Of a stretch of 64,000 bases of DNA, positions 20,895 through 31,835 are shown piece after piece. Positions within the stretch are counted from its first letter, which is position 1. Every line of letters starts with the position of its first letter. The DNA lies in contig CBDFFH010000021.1 in assembly GCA_965246715.1 (NCBI GenBank), positions 32,001 through 96,000 of the forward strand, written 5' to 3'. Source of the stretch: Chamaesiphon sp. GTDB taxonomy: Bacteria; Cyanobacteriota; Cyanobacteriia; Cyanobacteriales; Chamaesiphonaceae. The notes under the pieces were generated by a model. The model was given only the letters and a program-made list of their open reading frames with translations. It was not told where the DNA came from and searched no databases. Made by a program: the position numbers and the translations under genes.

Positions 20895-22925
20895 TCATCG
20901 CATTACTCTAGTAGCATTCCCGATCGCCAGTAAAGCCACCCCTACATCAGCAAATACCGCCTCCCACATCGTAGCAAAACCAAAGATCCCAAATACGATA
21001 ACTATCCCCTTAACTGCCAAAGCCAAGACAATATTCTGCCAGACAATTTGTCGAGTTTTATGACTTATTTGAATAACTTCAGCTAACTTTGCAGGTGAAT
21101 CATTCATGATTACTACATCAGCAGTTTCGATCGCGGCATCGCTACCCAGTCCCCCCATCGCCACGCCGACATCCGCACGGGCAATCATCGGTGCATCGTT
21201 AATCCCATCACCAACGACCATCACTCGATGTTTACCGCCAGCATGGGCGATAATCTCTTCTAATGCAGATAGTTTGTTTTCAGGGAGTAATTCGGCTTGA
21301 TAGTCATCCAAACCTAACTCCTGACTGATTTCGGCAGCAACAGCTTGACAATCTCCAGTCAACATCACTGTGCGGATAATGCCTAATTTCTTGAGGTTAG
21401 CAATTGCCACCAGTGCATCTGGCTTAAGTTCGTCGGCAATTTTGAGATAACCTGCATACTTACCATCGACAGCTACGTAGACGACTGTGCCGTTAACTTT
21501 GGGTATTTGGTGATTACTTCGTTCTTTAGCTAAAAATCGATCGTTCCCAGCAATAATAACTCGTCCGTCGATCTTGGCACGAACGCCATATCCAGCCAGT
21601 TCCTGATAATCTGCGACTATAGATCGATCGATTTTCTGTCCGTAAGCTTGTTGAATCGAAATCGCGATCGGATGTTGAGATTGTGATTCGACTTGGGCGG
21701 CTAATTCTAATAATTCCTCGCGGGAAAACCCATTAACAGGGAAAATATCGGTAACTTTAAATACTCCGTGAGTTAACGTCCCAGTCTTATCGAATACGAC
21801 TGTTTTAACCTGAGTGAGCGTATCAAGATAAGTGGAACCTTTAATTAAAATTCCGCGTTTAGCCGCACCACCAATTCCACCAAAGTATCCCAAGGGAATA
21901 CTAATTACCAGCCCACAGGGACAGGAAATTACCAATAAGATTAAAGCGCGATAAACCCAATCAAAGCGATCGGCTCCAGCAACAAAGAATGGCGGGATTA
22001 TCGCGATTGCGAGTGAGAGAAAAACAACAATCGGGGTATAGGTTCTAGCAAAAGTTGTAATAAATTTTTGCGTTGCGGCTTTCTTCTGACTGGCATTTTC
22101 GACTAGTTCTAAAATTCGCGAAATCGATGATTGTGCGAAGATCTTGCTGACTCTAACTGTTAACGCGCCAGCTTGATTGATGGTACCAGCTAAAACCATT
22201 TTTCCAGGTGAGATCGATCGCGGTATCGACTCTCCCGTCAAAGCTGATGTATCGATATAAGAATTGCCCTCGATTACTTCGCCATCTAGTGGGACTTTTT
22301 CCCCTGGCTTAATTAGGATTAGATCGCCAACATTAACTCGATCGGGAGCCACAGTTACAAGTTCGTTACCACTAATGAGATTAGCTCGATCGGGTCTGAT
22401 TTCTAGTAGCGATCGAATCGATCGCCGCGAATTATTAACAGCATAATCTTGACACAATTCACCAACACGGTAGAATAACATGACCCCTACTGCTTCAGGC
22501 AACTGATGGATCGCTAATGCACCGAGTGTCGCGATCGTCATCAAAAAAGTTTCATCAAAAAAGCTACCACGAATGATATTTCGTCCCGCACTCGTTAATA
22601 CTTGCCAACCACTGAGAAGATAAGCAGAAATAAAGATTGAATACTCGCCAATACCCTGGAAATTTTGCTGTAATGGTTGCTGCCAAATCATGCCAATAGC
22701 AAGCAATCCACTGACAATCCCAATTAATAATAATTCGCGCTGAAAATCGAACTCATCCTCTCCATGACTGTGCCCTTCATGGTCGTCATGACTGTGACTA
22801 TGTTGGTGTTGGTGCTCATCATGTCCATCGTGACCTTGTTGATGGTCATCATGACTACTATGCTGCCGATCGTCTTCACGGTCGTCGTCACAACTACAGC
22901 ATGAATTGCGATCTTTTGGCATCAC
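20895..22925 (-). CDS. Heavy-metal P1B-type ATPase (Zn/Cd, ZntA/CadA-like) with a Cys/His-rich N-terminus
   Basis: TGES, SCPC, DKTGTLT, HP, GDGINDAP, AVFADVG; N-terminal CCSC and poly-His tract. Confidence 0.93.
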   Translation of the reverse strand: MMPKDRNSCCSCDDDREDDRQHSSHDDHQQGHDGHDEHQHQHSHSHDDHEGHSHGEDEFDFQRELLLIGIVSGLLAIGMIWQQPLQQNFQGIGEYSIFISAYLLSGWQVLTSAGRNIIRGSFFDETFLMTIATLGALAIHQLPEAVGVMLFYRVGELCQDYAVNNSRRSIRSLLEIRPDRANLISGNELVTVAPDRVNVGDLILIKPGEKVPLDGEVIEGNSYIDTSALTGESIPRSISPGKMVLAGTINQAGALTVRVSKIFAQSSISRILELVENASQKKAATQKFITTFARTYTPIVVFLSLAIAIIPPFFVAGADRFDWVYRALILLVISCPCGLVISIPLGYFGGIGGAAKRGILIKGSTYLDTLTQVKTVVFDKTGTLTHGVFKVTDIFPVNGFSREELLELAAQVESQSQHPIAISIQQAYGQKIDRSIVADYQELAGYGVRAKIDGRVIIAGNDRFLAKERSNHQIPKVNGTVVYVAVDGKYAGYLKIADELKPDALVAIANLKKLGIIRTVMLTGDCQAVAAEISQELGLDDYQAELLPENKLSALEEIIAHAGGKHRVMVVGDGINDAPMIARADVGVAMGGLGSDAAIETADVVIMNDSPAKLAEVIQISHKTRQIVWQNIVLALAVKGIVIVFGIFGFATMWEAVFADVGVALLAIGNATRVMR

Positions 22926-23039
22926 TTCGATATTATTAACTTCGACTACATTCTAACTCCAAACAATGATTTTCTGGTGCGACCTCAACCAAGCTGCAAT
23001 TTAAATTATTGGCTCGATCCGCTCCATTTTTAGATGTTA

Positions 23040-23054
23040 CGATAATCATTATCA
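23040..23054. promoter_or_regulatory. Zur/Fur-type 7-1-7 box upstream of the P1B ATPase
   Basis: CGATAATCATTATCA, 1 mismatch to TGATAATNATTATCA, about 115 bp upstream of the start. Confidence 0.65.
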
Positions 23055-23077
23055 AAACTCGATCGATATTGTCGGTT

Positions 23078-23743
23078 TTATACTAGTCCAGCAATTAAAT
23101 TAATACTCATCGCCACGATCGCGGTATTAAAGTAAAAAGCTAAAATTCCGTGGAGCGTACACAACTTTCTAAACTTGCGGGAATTGATATCCACATCTGC
23201 GACTTGAGCTGTCATCCCGAGTACGAAGGAAAAGTACATAAAATCCCAGTAGTCTGGATTGTCTTCAGTCGGAAATGCCAAGCTAGCAGGAGCATCTGGA
23301 TGTAAAATCAGTGCCACATAATAATCGTGGGCATAGTGGAGCGCAAACATCGTATGCACGAGCAGCCACGAGCAGACTACGGTTAATGTTGCCAAGCCAA
23401 CATGCAAAGTGAGTAATTGCGGCCCCAGATTCTCGGTATCTTTAAGCATATACACAATTGCAAGTAAACTCACACTACTACCGAGCGTGCCACCCAAGAG
23501 AATTCGCCACCGACTCTCATTATTCATCTCTGCTCGTCGGCGCATGATGTGATGATCTGCTTGATTCATCATCACCACTGCTAAACCCATAAACACGATC
23601 GCGCCAACATCCCAACAAATAATCCCCCGTAAGGGTAATCGCCAACCATGAGGTAATAATAGTGCGACTAGTAGTGCAATGCCGATCGCGATCCATAGTC
23701 GGTAGCGCGGATCGTAATGATATTGTCGTTTCAAGTAATTCAT
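23078..23743 (-). CDS. DUF1345 family membrane protein
   Basis: FALHYAHDYY, PDYWDFMYFSFVLGMTAQVADV. Confidence 0.88.
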   Translation of the reverse strand: MNYLKRQYHYDPRYRLWIAIGIALLVALLLPHGWRLPLRGIICWDVGAIVFMGLAVVMMNQADHHIMRRRAEMNNESRWRILLGGTLGSSVSLLAIVYMLKDTENLGPQLLTLHVGLATLTVVCSWLLVHTMFALHYAHDYYVALILHPDAPASLAFPTEDNPDYWDFMYFSFVLGMTAQVADVDINSRKFRKLCTLHGILAFYFNTAIVAMSINLIAGLV

Positions 23744-23897
23744 ACCGAGTTAGAACTGAGGCGATCGCCGACAAGCCGATTTTGTTAACTTGGTTTGTCT
23801 GAGTTCGATTAGCATAACTAGTTTTCATCACTCTACAAACCCCATATTGGGAGATTTTTGGCGATTTCTAAAATGCTATTACGGTAAAATGTAGCAG

Positions 23898-24830
23898 TTA
23901 GATCCGGCGTGGTACCTCATATGTCATCAGATCGTAAGCCATGCGCGTCTTAGGGAAAATTGCCCTAGCCGACTGTAATAAATCCTCTAACTCGATCGCA
24001 TTTCCTGGCGCATAGCGGGGACTAAAGTGAGTGAGGATTAATTCTTTGACTCCCGCACCTAAAGCCACTTGTGCCGCCATTGTCGAAGTAGAATGCAGCC
24101 GATCGAAGGCCATCTCCGCATCTTCATGTGCAAAGGTAGATTCGTGAATCAACAGATCCGCATCTCGAGCTAACTCGACAGAGTTGTCGCAATAAACCGT
24201 ATCGGTACAATACACAAATTTCCGGCCGATTTCATCTTCACCACACAAATCCCGACCGTTAATCACTCGACCATCGGCTAATGTTACCGTCTCACCATTT
24301 TTTAACTTGCCGTAAATCGGCCCTGAAGGTATCCCTAATTCTTTGGCCTGCTCTAGATTAAATCTGCCAGTTCGATCGGCTTCAGCGACGCGATAGCCAT
24401 AGGCTGGAACCTTATGCTTGAGCGGAATACAAGTAACTGTAAAACCTTCTTCCTGATAAACTATTCCTGGCTCGATCGTATGTACCTTAATGGGATAATT
24501 AAAATGAGTATAGGAATATTTTTGACAAGCGCGGAGATATTCACTCAATCCGCTCGGGCCATAGATATCGATCCGATCGGGACTACCTGCCATCCCATAA
24601 GTAGCCAACAAACCCATCAAGCCAAAGATATGATCGCCGTGCAGGTGCGTGACAAAGATGCGGCGGATCTGACTGATTTTCACGTCACAGCGCAATAACT
24701 GATGCTGCGTGGCTTCACCGCAATCGAATAACCACACTTCCGCCCGTTGGGGGAGATTGAGTGCGATACTAGAAACATTGCGTGCCCTGGTGGGGACACC
24801 AGAAGAGGTACCAAGGAAGGTAATTTGCAC
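23898..24830 (-). CDS. rnz: Ribonuclease Z (start re-assigned to GTG 24830)
   Basis: QITFLGTSSGVPT, THLHGDH, HEST, HST, THFSPRY; the ORF-track N-terminal extension runs through heptamer repeats. Confidence 0.95.
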   Translation of the reverse strand: MQITFLGTSSGVPTRARNVSSIALNLPQRAEVWLFDCGEATQHQLLRCDVKISQIRRIFVTHLHGDHIFGLMGLLATYGMAGSPDRIDIYGPSGLSEYLRACQKYSYTHFNYPIKVHTIEPGIVYQEEGFTVTCIPLKHKVPAYGYRVAEADRTGRFNLEQAKELGIPSGPIYGKLKNGETVTLADGRVINGRDLCGEDEIGRKFVYCTDTVYCDNSVELARDADLLIHESTFAHEDAEMAFDRLHSTSTMAAQVALGAGVKELILTHFSPRYAPGNAIELEDLLQSARAIFPKTRMAYDLMTYEVPRRI

Positions 24831-25036
24831 GGTGCTCGATCTTTGTGATGGGTGATACTCAATTATAAGGGATAGGGGATAGGGGATAGGGGATTGAGGC
24901 TGGGTGGACGGTGAACGATCGATCGGATTTGTAAAAGCAGGTTGATGCAAATAACTATCGATTCCTCCCGATAATTTCCCAACAACATCTGCCATCAGCA
25001 AAAATATTTTAAATAGATAACCGATCGTCAAGCGTC

Positions 25037-26392
25037 ATGAGCGAACATACAATTAGTCCGGCTGTAATTACTGGAATTATTCCCGACTCGATCGCGGCAG
25101 AAGTTGGATTTTCTCCTGGCGATCGCTTGGTAAAAATTAACGGTCAACGACCGCGCGATCTGATCGATTATCAATTTTTGTGTGCGGATGAAGTTCTAGA
25201 TTTAGAAGTCTTAGACGATCGCGGCAAGTCCCACCGGATGGAGATCGAGAAGGACTACGATGAGGATTTGGGCTTAGAATTTGAGTCGGCTTTATTCGAT
25301 GGCTTGATTCAGTGCAATAATAAATGTCCATTTTGCTTTATCGATCAGCAACCGCCCGGTAAACGCGAATCTTTATATCTAAAAGATGATGATTATCGGT
25401 TGAGTTTTTTATACGGTAGCTATCTGACTTTAACTAATTTAAGTACTAAAGAATGGGAGCGGATCGCTCAAATGCGGCTGTCGCCACTATATGTGTCCGT
25501 CCATGCCACCGAACCGGAAATTCGATCGCAATTACTCAAAAATAATCGCGCGGGACAAATCCTCGACCAGTTGCGCTGGTTCCAATCGCATCGCCTGGAA
25601 ATCCACGCCCAGGTGGTCTTGTGCCCTGGCATTAACGATGGTGAGCATCTCGATCGCACCTTACGGGATTTAGCAAGTTTCCATCACGGCGAAGTCCCCA
25701 CCGTCGCTTCCGTCGCTGTCGTCCCCGTCGGCTTGACGCGGTTTCGTCCCAATCTAACCGAGTTAACTCCAGTAACTCCGACAACTGCTGGAATGGTTAT
25801 CGATCGGGTTGAGGCGTTACAACACGAATTTCAGCAGCAACTCGGCTCGACCTTCGCATGGTTGGCCGACGAATGGTATTTGATTGCCGGTCGAGAATTA
25901 CCGCCGAGCGTATATTATGAAGATTATCCCCAATTGGGGAATGGGGTCGGATCGATTCGCCGCTTCCTAGATGAATTTTCTGAAGAAATCGAGGCATGGG
26001 AAGTTACCAAAATTACTCCGCCACACAAGTGTACTTGGGTCGTTGGGAATGCCGTCGAAAATGCGTTTCAACCTATTGTGCGCCGATTGAATGAGATTTC
26101 AGGTCTCACAGTCAACTTAGTGGCTATTGCCAGTCAGTACTGGGGACAGCAGATGACCGTTACTGGTCTACTAACCGGACAAGATTTAATCAAAGAGCTA
26201 CCAGGACGCGATTTAGGCGATCGCATCCTCATCCCCAGTGTAATGCTCAAACATGATGAAGCCAAATTTCTAGATGATGTGACGATCGAAGAGGTGTCCG
26301 CCACATTACAGATTCCGTTGATTCCTGTCAGTGGAATTCCGGACTTTTTGGATAAGTTAGGCGAAAATATGGGGATGCTAACTAGAGAATAA
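25037..26392 (+). CDS. PDZ + radical SAM-like + DUF512 protein (TIGR03279-like)
   Basis: N-terminal PDZ-like region, CNNKCPFCFIDQ, DDDYRLSFLYG, YPQLGNGVG, VTGLLTG. Confidence 0.88.
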   Translation: MSEHTISPAVITGIIPDSIAAEVGFSPGDRLVKINGQRPRDLIDYQFLCADEVLDLEVLDDRGKSHRMEIEKDYDEDLGLEFESALFDGLIQCNNKCPFCFIDQQPPGKRESLYLKDDDYRLSFLYGSYLTLTNLSTKEWERIAQMRLSPLYVSVHATEPEIRSQLLKNNRAGQILDQLRWFQSHRLEIHAQVVLCPGINDGEHLDRTLRDLASFHHGEVPTVASVAVVPVGLTRFRPNLTELTPVTPTTAGMVIDRVEALQHEFQQQLGSTFAWLADEWYLIAGRELPPSVYYEDYPQLGNGVGSIRRFLDEFSEEIEAWEVTKITPPHKCTWVVGNAVENAFQPIVRRLNEISGLTVNLVAIASQYWGQQMTVTGLLTGQDLIKELPGRDLGDRILIPSVMLKHDEAKFLDDVTIEEVSATLQIPLIPVSGIPDFLDKLGENMGMLTRE

Positions 26393-26707
26393 TCGCAATC
26401 GTTTAAGAGTAGCATGGTGGTGTGGAGCGTGCGGAGCGATTCAGATTTTGAGAACCACAACTCAGGTGAGGAATGTTCGATCGAGCCATTGGCATCGAGA
26501 CTGCCGCCAACGGCTTAGATTCGGAACATGCACCTCTATCGATCCAGTCAAGTAGAACAATCATTAATATCTAAAAGTGTTACAAACCATCTCAATATGC
26601 TAACTCCAAGCGCATTAATTCACATAATAGATCAGCAGATCGCCAGTCTCCGTGGCCCTAAAACTGTTAAAGAGCGCATCCATACCAATCTAGAAAGTTA
26701 CACAGCC

Positions 26708-28330
26708 ATGAGATTTCAATCAATATGCACGATCGTCGCACTCGGCTTGACTGGAGTGGCCAACATTAAAGCAGCAGGGGCAACATCGATCGATTTGGCA
26801 GATAATTATCAAAGCTCGAACTTTTTTGTCGATCGGCAATTGAAGACACAGGGGATCGACCTGGGTGAGACTAAAAATCGCGGGTTGGGACTCATCAGTA
26901 GTAAGCCGACAGTCGCGCAAACTACACCAGCTAACCCAGCTCCACCAGCTAACTCTAACCCATCTACACCACCCGCATCATCTGCGCCAACGGTAACACC
27001 GACAACAACCGCACCAACTGCGACACCAGATCCTGGCAATAGCAGAGGTAAAATTCAAAATAATCTCAATCTGCCAAAAACGGGTACCGAAGTTCAGATT
27101 GTCACCAATCGCGCATTAACGCTACAAGAGGCTGTAAACATTGCTTTTCGGACTAATCGTGATGTCCAAGCCGCTCGCTTGACAGTCAATCGAAGTCAAG
27201 CAGCAGTGCGAGAAGCGCAAGCCGCTCAAGCAATCCAAGTAGGATTGACCGGAACCCTGGCAAATTCTGGTAATCCACTAATCGTCGGTACTTCTGCGCC
27301 AGGGATAAATACCAACTCTACAGATATCAATGCCAGACTTCAAGCCACATACAATCTGCTCAACGCTGGTCGAGACGTGAGTAATGTCCGTGCTGCCGAA
27401 TTCCAGGTAAATTTCGATCGATTGGATCTTCTGCGCGTCGAACAAGCGACTAGGACTAGCGTAGTAACTGCATACTACGATTTACAGGCGGCGGATTCAG
27501 CAGTCGTCATCAACCAAGCTGCTGTCAGAGATGCTACGCGCAGTTTGAGCGATGCTCAACTTCAAGAACGCGCGGGTGTCGGTACCAGATTTGACATCCT
27601 CCGCACTCAAGTACAACTTGCCACTGCCAACCAAGACCTGACCAATTCTCAAGGTCAACAACGCATCGCTCGCCGCAGAATCGCTCAGCTCCTCAGTGTC
27701 GATCAAAGTACTGAATTTACCGCTGCCGATCCCGTTCGAGAGTTAGGGACTTGGGGTTTGTCCCTCGAAGATAGTGTGGTCTTGGCATTTAAAAATCGAC
27801 CCGAAGCCAAGCAACAATTAGTCCGTCGCAATATCAGCGAACAACAACAGATTGTCGCTGCCTCTGGTGATGCGGCTCAGGTGAGTCTGTTTACGAACTA
27901 CAATATCGGCAAAAGTATCAGCACCTCAGCATCCGCCCAAGATAGTTATAGCCTGGGCGCACAATTGAGTTGGAACTTCTTCGATGGTGGGGCATCTGGC
28001 GCGCGCAGCACGCAGCAGCAGGTCAGCCAAGAAATCTTTGAGAATCAGTTTACATCAACTCGCAATCAAATTCGCTTTGAAGTCGAACAATCCTTCAACA
28101 ATCTCGGTACCAATCAACGAAATATCATTACTTCGAGTCAAGCGCTCAGGCAAGCTGAAGAAAGTCTCAAATTGGCGCGGTTGCGCTTTCAGGCTGGGGT
28201 CGGCACTCAAACCGACGTGATCCAAGCGCAAACCGATCTCGCTCGCGCTCGTGGCAACCGGATTACCGCGATCGTCAATTACAATCGATCGCTATCGAGT
28301 TTGCGCATTGCTACCATCACTGGAGATTAG
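26708..28330 (+). CDS. TolC family outer-membrane efflux protein (start likely ATG 26708)
   Basis: Signal peptide MRFQSICTIVALGL, Pro/Thr linker, two OEP repeats (AGVGTRFD, AGVGTQTDV). Confidence 0.9.
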   Translation: MRFQSICTIVALGLTGVANIKAAGATSIDLADNYQSSNFFVDRQLKTQGIDLGETKNRGLGLISSKPTVAQTTPANPAPPANSNPSTPPASSAPTVTPTTTAPTATPDPGNSRGKIQNNLNLPKTGTEVQIVTNRALTLQEAVNIAFRTNRDVQAARLTVNRSQAAVREAQAAQAIQVGLTGTLANSGNPLIVGTSAPGINTNSTDINARLQATYNLLNAGRDVSNVRAAEFQVNFDRLDLLRVEQATRTSVVTAYYDLQAADSAVVINQAAVRDATRSLSDAQLQERAGVGTRFDILRTQVQLATANQDLTNSQGQQRIARRRIAQLLSVDQSTEFTAADPVRELGTWGLSLEDSVVLAFKNRPEAKQQLVRRNISEQQQIVAASGDAAQVSLFTNYNIGKSISTSASAQDSYSLGAQLSWNFFDGGASGARSTQQQVSQEIFENQFTSTRNQIRFEVEQSFNNLGTNQRNIITSSQALRQAEESLKLARLRFQAGVGTQTDVIQAQTDLARARGNRITAIVNYNRSLSSLRIATITGD

Positions 28331-28471
28331 TCCGAACAGATCGAGCGAGTTGGCGTAGCTGCTTACACAAGCATTCTAAGCGAATTTGCATCGGCATGTT
28401 TACCAATGTGAATCGATCGCGATGAGTAGATTAGACCGTTAGGATTTAGGCAAGAGGTCTATTGGCATTGC

Positions 28472-29548
28472 CTAAATGTCCGCGATCGAAGAAAGCGCGG
28501 GGCTAGCTGTTCGCGTCGGAACTAGTGCTGAAGTATGACGGCTCACCGGACTGAGATAGGGGGACAATGCTAAGGGGTGTTGGGGATCTTGCAGTAAGGT
28601 GCGATCGCATCCCGCAAACAACTCTTGAGGGGTTTGAGCCTGACGCATCTGATGCAGAAATAACCCATCTGGATCGATGTGTTGCGCCACATAGTTTAAA
28701 AACATTTTCATATACCCTACCCGCGCCCGTTCTGGTACCGCAACGGGATTTTGCCATAGCTTATCGATATAAACTCTGACTTCGCCAAAGGTGGGAATCG
28801 AGATCGATTTTCCCAGCTGAGCTTGCCGAATTTGCCGAAAAATCCAGGGATTACCGATCGCCCACCGACCTACCATCACCCCAGCCGCCTTAGTTTGCCG
28901 TAAAACCTCGATCGCTTGAGTAGCAGACTGCACATTTCCATTAGCTAAAACGGGACAATTTGCTTCAGTTACAGCTTTACCAATTAGCTGATAATCTACC
29001 GCCCCACGATACATCTCCTTGACAGTGCGCCCATGTAAACTCACTAAGTCGATCTGATGACGATCGACCAGCTTTAGGATGTTGTCAAGGTCGCTATTAT
29101 GCTCGAAACCCAGCCGCATCTTGACAGTTAATGGTAAATCGACTGCTTGACGCAATGCGCCCAAAATTCGATCGACCCGATCTGGATCTCGCAGCAAACC
29201 ACCACCGACATTTTTGCGATAGACTCGAGGTGCTGGGCAACCTAAATTCAGGTCGATACCCGCAATATTGTAATTGCTCAACTCACGAGCGGTACTTACT
29301 AGCGCTGCAATATCTTCACCAATTAGCTGAGCAAAAACTGGGCGACCCGTATCGTTTTCAGTAATAGAAGACAGGATTTGTTTGTCTAGCCGCGAAGTTT
29401 CATGTACCCGAAAGAATTCTGTAAAAAAGTAGTCCGGCGCTCCATACTCAGCCACAACTTTCATGAACCACTGATTGGTAATATCCTGCATGGGGGCGAG
29501 GGCAGTCAGGGGGAGTTGGGGATTTTGAGCAGGCGGTAGGGGTGGCAT
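28472..29548 (-). CDS. tRNA-dihydrouridine synthase family protein
   Basis: ALAPM, DLNLGCP, VKMRLG, LHGRT, ANGNV, VMVGR. Confidence 0.9.
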   Translation of the reverse strand: MPPLPPAQNPQLPLTALAPMQDITNQWFMKVVAEYGAPDYFFTEFFRVHETSRLDKQILSSITENDTGRPVFAQLIGEDIAALVSTARELSNYNIAGIDLNLGCPAPRVYRKNVGGGLLRDPDRVDRILGALRQAVDLPLTVKMRLGFEHNSDLDNILKLVDRHQIDLVSLHGRTVKEMYRGAVDYQLIGKAVTEANCPVLANGNVQSATQAIEVLRQTKAAGVMVGRWAIGNPWIFRQIRQAQLGKSISIPTFGEVRVYIDKLWQNPVAVPERARVGYMKMFLNYVAQHIDPDGLFLHQMRQAQTPQELFAGCDRTLLQDPQHPLALSPYLSPVSRHTSALVPTRTASPALSSIADI

Positions 29549-29772
29549 GGAAATTAGGCACAGATGGATTTTGACTTCTATATCGGTGCGACTCTACAGT
29601 TTTCTTATAACTTTTCAGTACATCGCGAATCTTTAGTTTAACAAGATCGGCGATCTTAGTCGATCGATTGATTATTTAACTCCAGATCTAATTTATCAGC
29701 CAGATTTATTTCTAAAATGAGCATTATCGATCGCAAGTTGTAGAGCTTCATATATTGCGATCGATCGCAAAA

Positions 29773-31563
29773 CTACCAACCCAAGGCTCTAGCACTTTGA
29801 TAAAAGATAAAACTAGCCAGCCAAGCCAATCCGATCGACCAAGCAACAGATATTAGCGTAAACCTCCAACTTTTTGATTCGCTTTTTAAGACTGCTACCG
29901 TCGAAAGACAGGGTGTATATAGTAATGTAAATAGCATGAAACTATATGCCTGAACCCAATCGATTTGGGTGGCGATCGCGTGACTCAAACCGTCACCTTC
30001 AGCATGATAAATTACGGCCAGTCCACCCAAGACAATTTCCTTGGCGACAAAGCCAAAAATCAAGGCTACTGCCAATTGTGGATTGATACCGATCGGCTGT
30101 AAAAAGGGTTGAGTCGCCGTACCGATGATACCTGATAATGTTTGGGCACTAGCCGAGGGTACGTTGGTAGGGAAATTATTGAGAAACCAAATTGCAATTA
30201 CGCCGAAGATAATAAACCGTCGCGACCAAAAGATAAAATGTTTGACCTCGCGCCACGAGCGCAACCAAATTTGTTTGATGGTTGGAAACCGATAAGGTGG
30301 TAGCTCTAACACGAATGGTTCTTTACTCGCAAATTTTCCCTTAAATAAAGCTGCGGTCAAAATCATCGCTGCAAAGCTGAGTAAGTAAAGACTAAAGATG
30401 ACTACAGGCGCGACTTGGGGCGCAAATAAGGCCGTCGACATGAAAATAAATACATTCAACCGTGCCGAACACAGGGAAAATGGAATTACCATCATCGACA
30501 GTAATCGTAGCCCTGGCGAACGCATTACCCGCGTGCCCATAATAGCGGGGACATTGCAACCAAACCCCATCAGTGACATCACAAACGATCGCCCATCTAA
30601 TCCCAATCGTTCCATAAAGGCATCCATCAAAAATGCCGATCGTGATAAATAGCCACTATCTTCGACAATTGCCATGCAGAAGAAGAAGAGAATAATTACT
30701 GGCACAAATGCAGTAACGGTACTAATCCCTTGATACAATCCGTCGATTAAAAAAGCCTTGAGAAATGGGTATACATTTGCCAGCACCGGCTCCAGGGCTG
30801 CTGTTTTAAACCAATCAAAGATATTACCCAGTAATTTCTGAACTGGTGTACCGATCGCATAGACGACCTGGAACATGGCAAACATGACACCGAAGAAAAT
30901 CGGCAAACCAAAGACTGGGTGGAGTAAAACTCGATCGATTCGCGTAGTCAGGTTATCTTGCGATCGCTCGCGGACTTCGATCGTTTCCTGGAATAATGTC
31001 CCTAATTGGGTTGCCATCTGGCTGTCTGACAAAAATCGATCTTTCAATTCACCCACACGCACTGGCTCTGGATGCTGCTGGAGCGTCTGAGCGATCGTCG
31101 ATACTGCGAGTTCGTAGCCATTGCCATACTTAGCACTGAGCGCCACCACCGGCATCCCTAGCCGTTCTGACAATCCGGCTAGATCCATCGATACCCCAAA
31201 CTTGGGAGCCTCATCAGCCATATTCAGCAATAACACTGCTGGTAAATTGAGGTATTTAATTTGCAGTGCCAAACTCAACTGGCGATCGAGTTGGGTAGAG
31301 TTGAGAATAATTAGTACTAAATTTAGCGGAGTTTCTGCTAAAAACTCGCATACCACTGCCTCATCAGCAGAAAATCCCCGCAAATCATAAATCCCAGGTA
31401 AGTCAACGACCTCCGCTACTTCATTCCCTAGTTTTACTTTGGCAACCATCAGATCGACGGTAATACCCGGCCAGTTACCGATGCTGGCATGGGCACCTGT
31501 AAAGCGATTAAAAAATGTGGACTTACCCGTATTGGGCATTCCTAGTAGTGCGATCCGTTTCAA
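29773..31563 (-). CDS. feoB: Ferrous iron transporter B
   Basis: GMPNTGKS, NWPGITVD, DLPG, NMAD, EDSGYLSR, GFGCNVPA, YTPC. Confidence 0.95.
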   Translation of the reverse strand: MKRIALLGMPNTGKSTFFNRFTGAHASIGNWPGITVDLMVAKVKLGNEVAEVVDLPGIYDLRGFSADEAVVCEFLAETPLNLVLIILNSTQLDRQLSLALQIKYLNLPAVLLLNMADEAPKFGVSMDLAGLSERLGMPVVALSAKYGNGYELAVSTIAQTLQQHPEPVRVGELKDRFLSDSQMATQLGTLFQETIEVRERSQDNLTTRIDRVLLHPVFGLPIFFGVMFAMFQVVYAIGTPVQKLLGNIFDWFKTAALEPVLANVYPFLKAFLIDGLYQGISTVTAFVPVIILFFFCMAIVEDSGYLSRSAFLMDAFMERLGLDGRSFVMSLMGFGCNVPAIMGTRVMRSPGLRLLSMMVIPFSLCSARLNVFIFMSTALFAPQVAPVVIFSLYLLSFAAMILTAALFKGKFASKEPFVLELPPYRFPTIKQIWLRSWREVKHFIFWSRRFIIFGVIAIWFLNNFPTNVPSASAQTLSGIIGTATQPFLQPIGINPQLAVALIFGFVAKEIVLGGLAVIYHAEGDGLSHAIATQIDWVQAYSFMLFTLLYTPCLSTVAVLKSESKSWRFTLISVAWSIGLAWLASFIFYQSARALGW

Positions 31564-31569
31564 AATTTT

Positions 31570-31815
31570 TTAGACTCCTGGAATAACAGCCATGATTCTT
31601 ACAGCCCGCGCTTCCCGACGACGGAGCATGACTTCAGTAGTCCCAATCCGAACGTGTAATGGCCCCGACAACCAGCCCCGTCGGATCATCTCAATTTGCC
31701 GACCATACCGAAAACCCAGTGCGTGTAGGCGCTGGTGCAATCCCGGTTCGTTTTCGAGTGAGGCAATAGTGGCAGTTTCCCCGGTCTCCAAGGAGTCGAG
31801 ATTTTGCGTAGGCAT
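31570..31815 (-). CDS. feoA: Ferrous iron transport protein A (start likely ATG 31815)
   Basis: RLHALGF...GPLHVRIG..MLRRREA; immediately upstream of feoB. Confidence 0.9.
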   Translation of the reverse strand: MPTQNLDSLETGETATIASLENEPGLHQRLHALGFRYGRQIEMIRRGWLSGPLHVRIGTTEVMLRRREARAVRIMAVIPGV

Positions 31816-31835
31816 ATAAATGGCTGGAGCTTTAA

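Noticed and set aside
24831..25031. N-terminal extension of rnz in the ORF track
   Set aside because: Runs through GGGGATA heptamer repeats; the RNase Z fold starts at VQITFLG.
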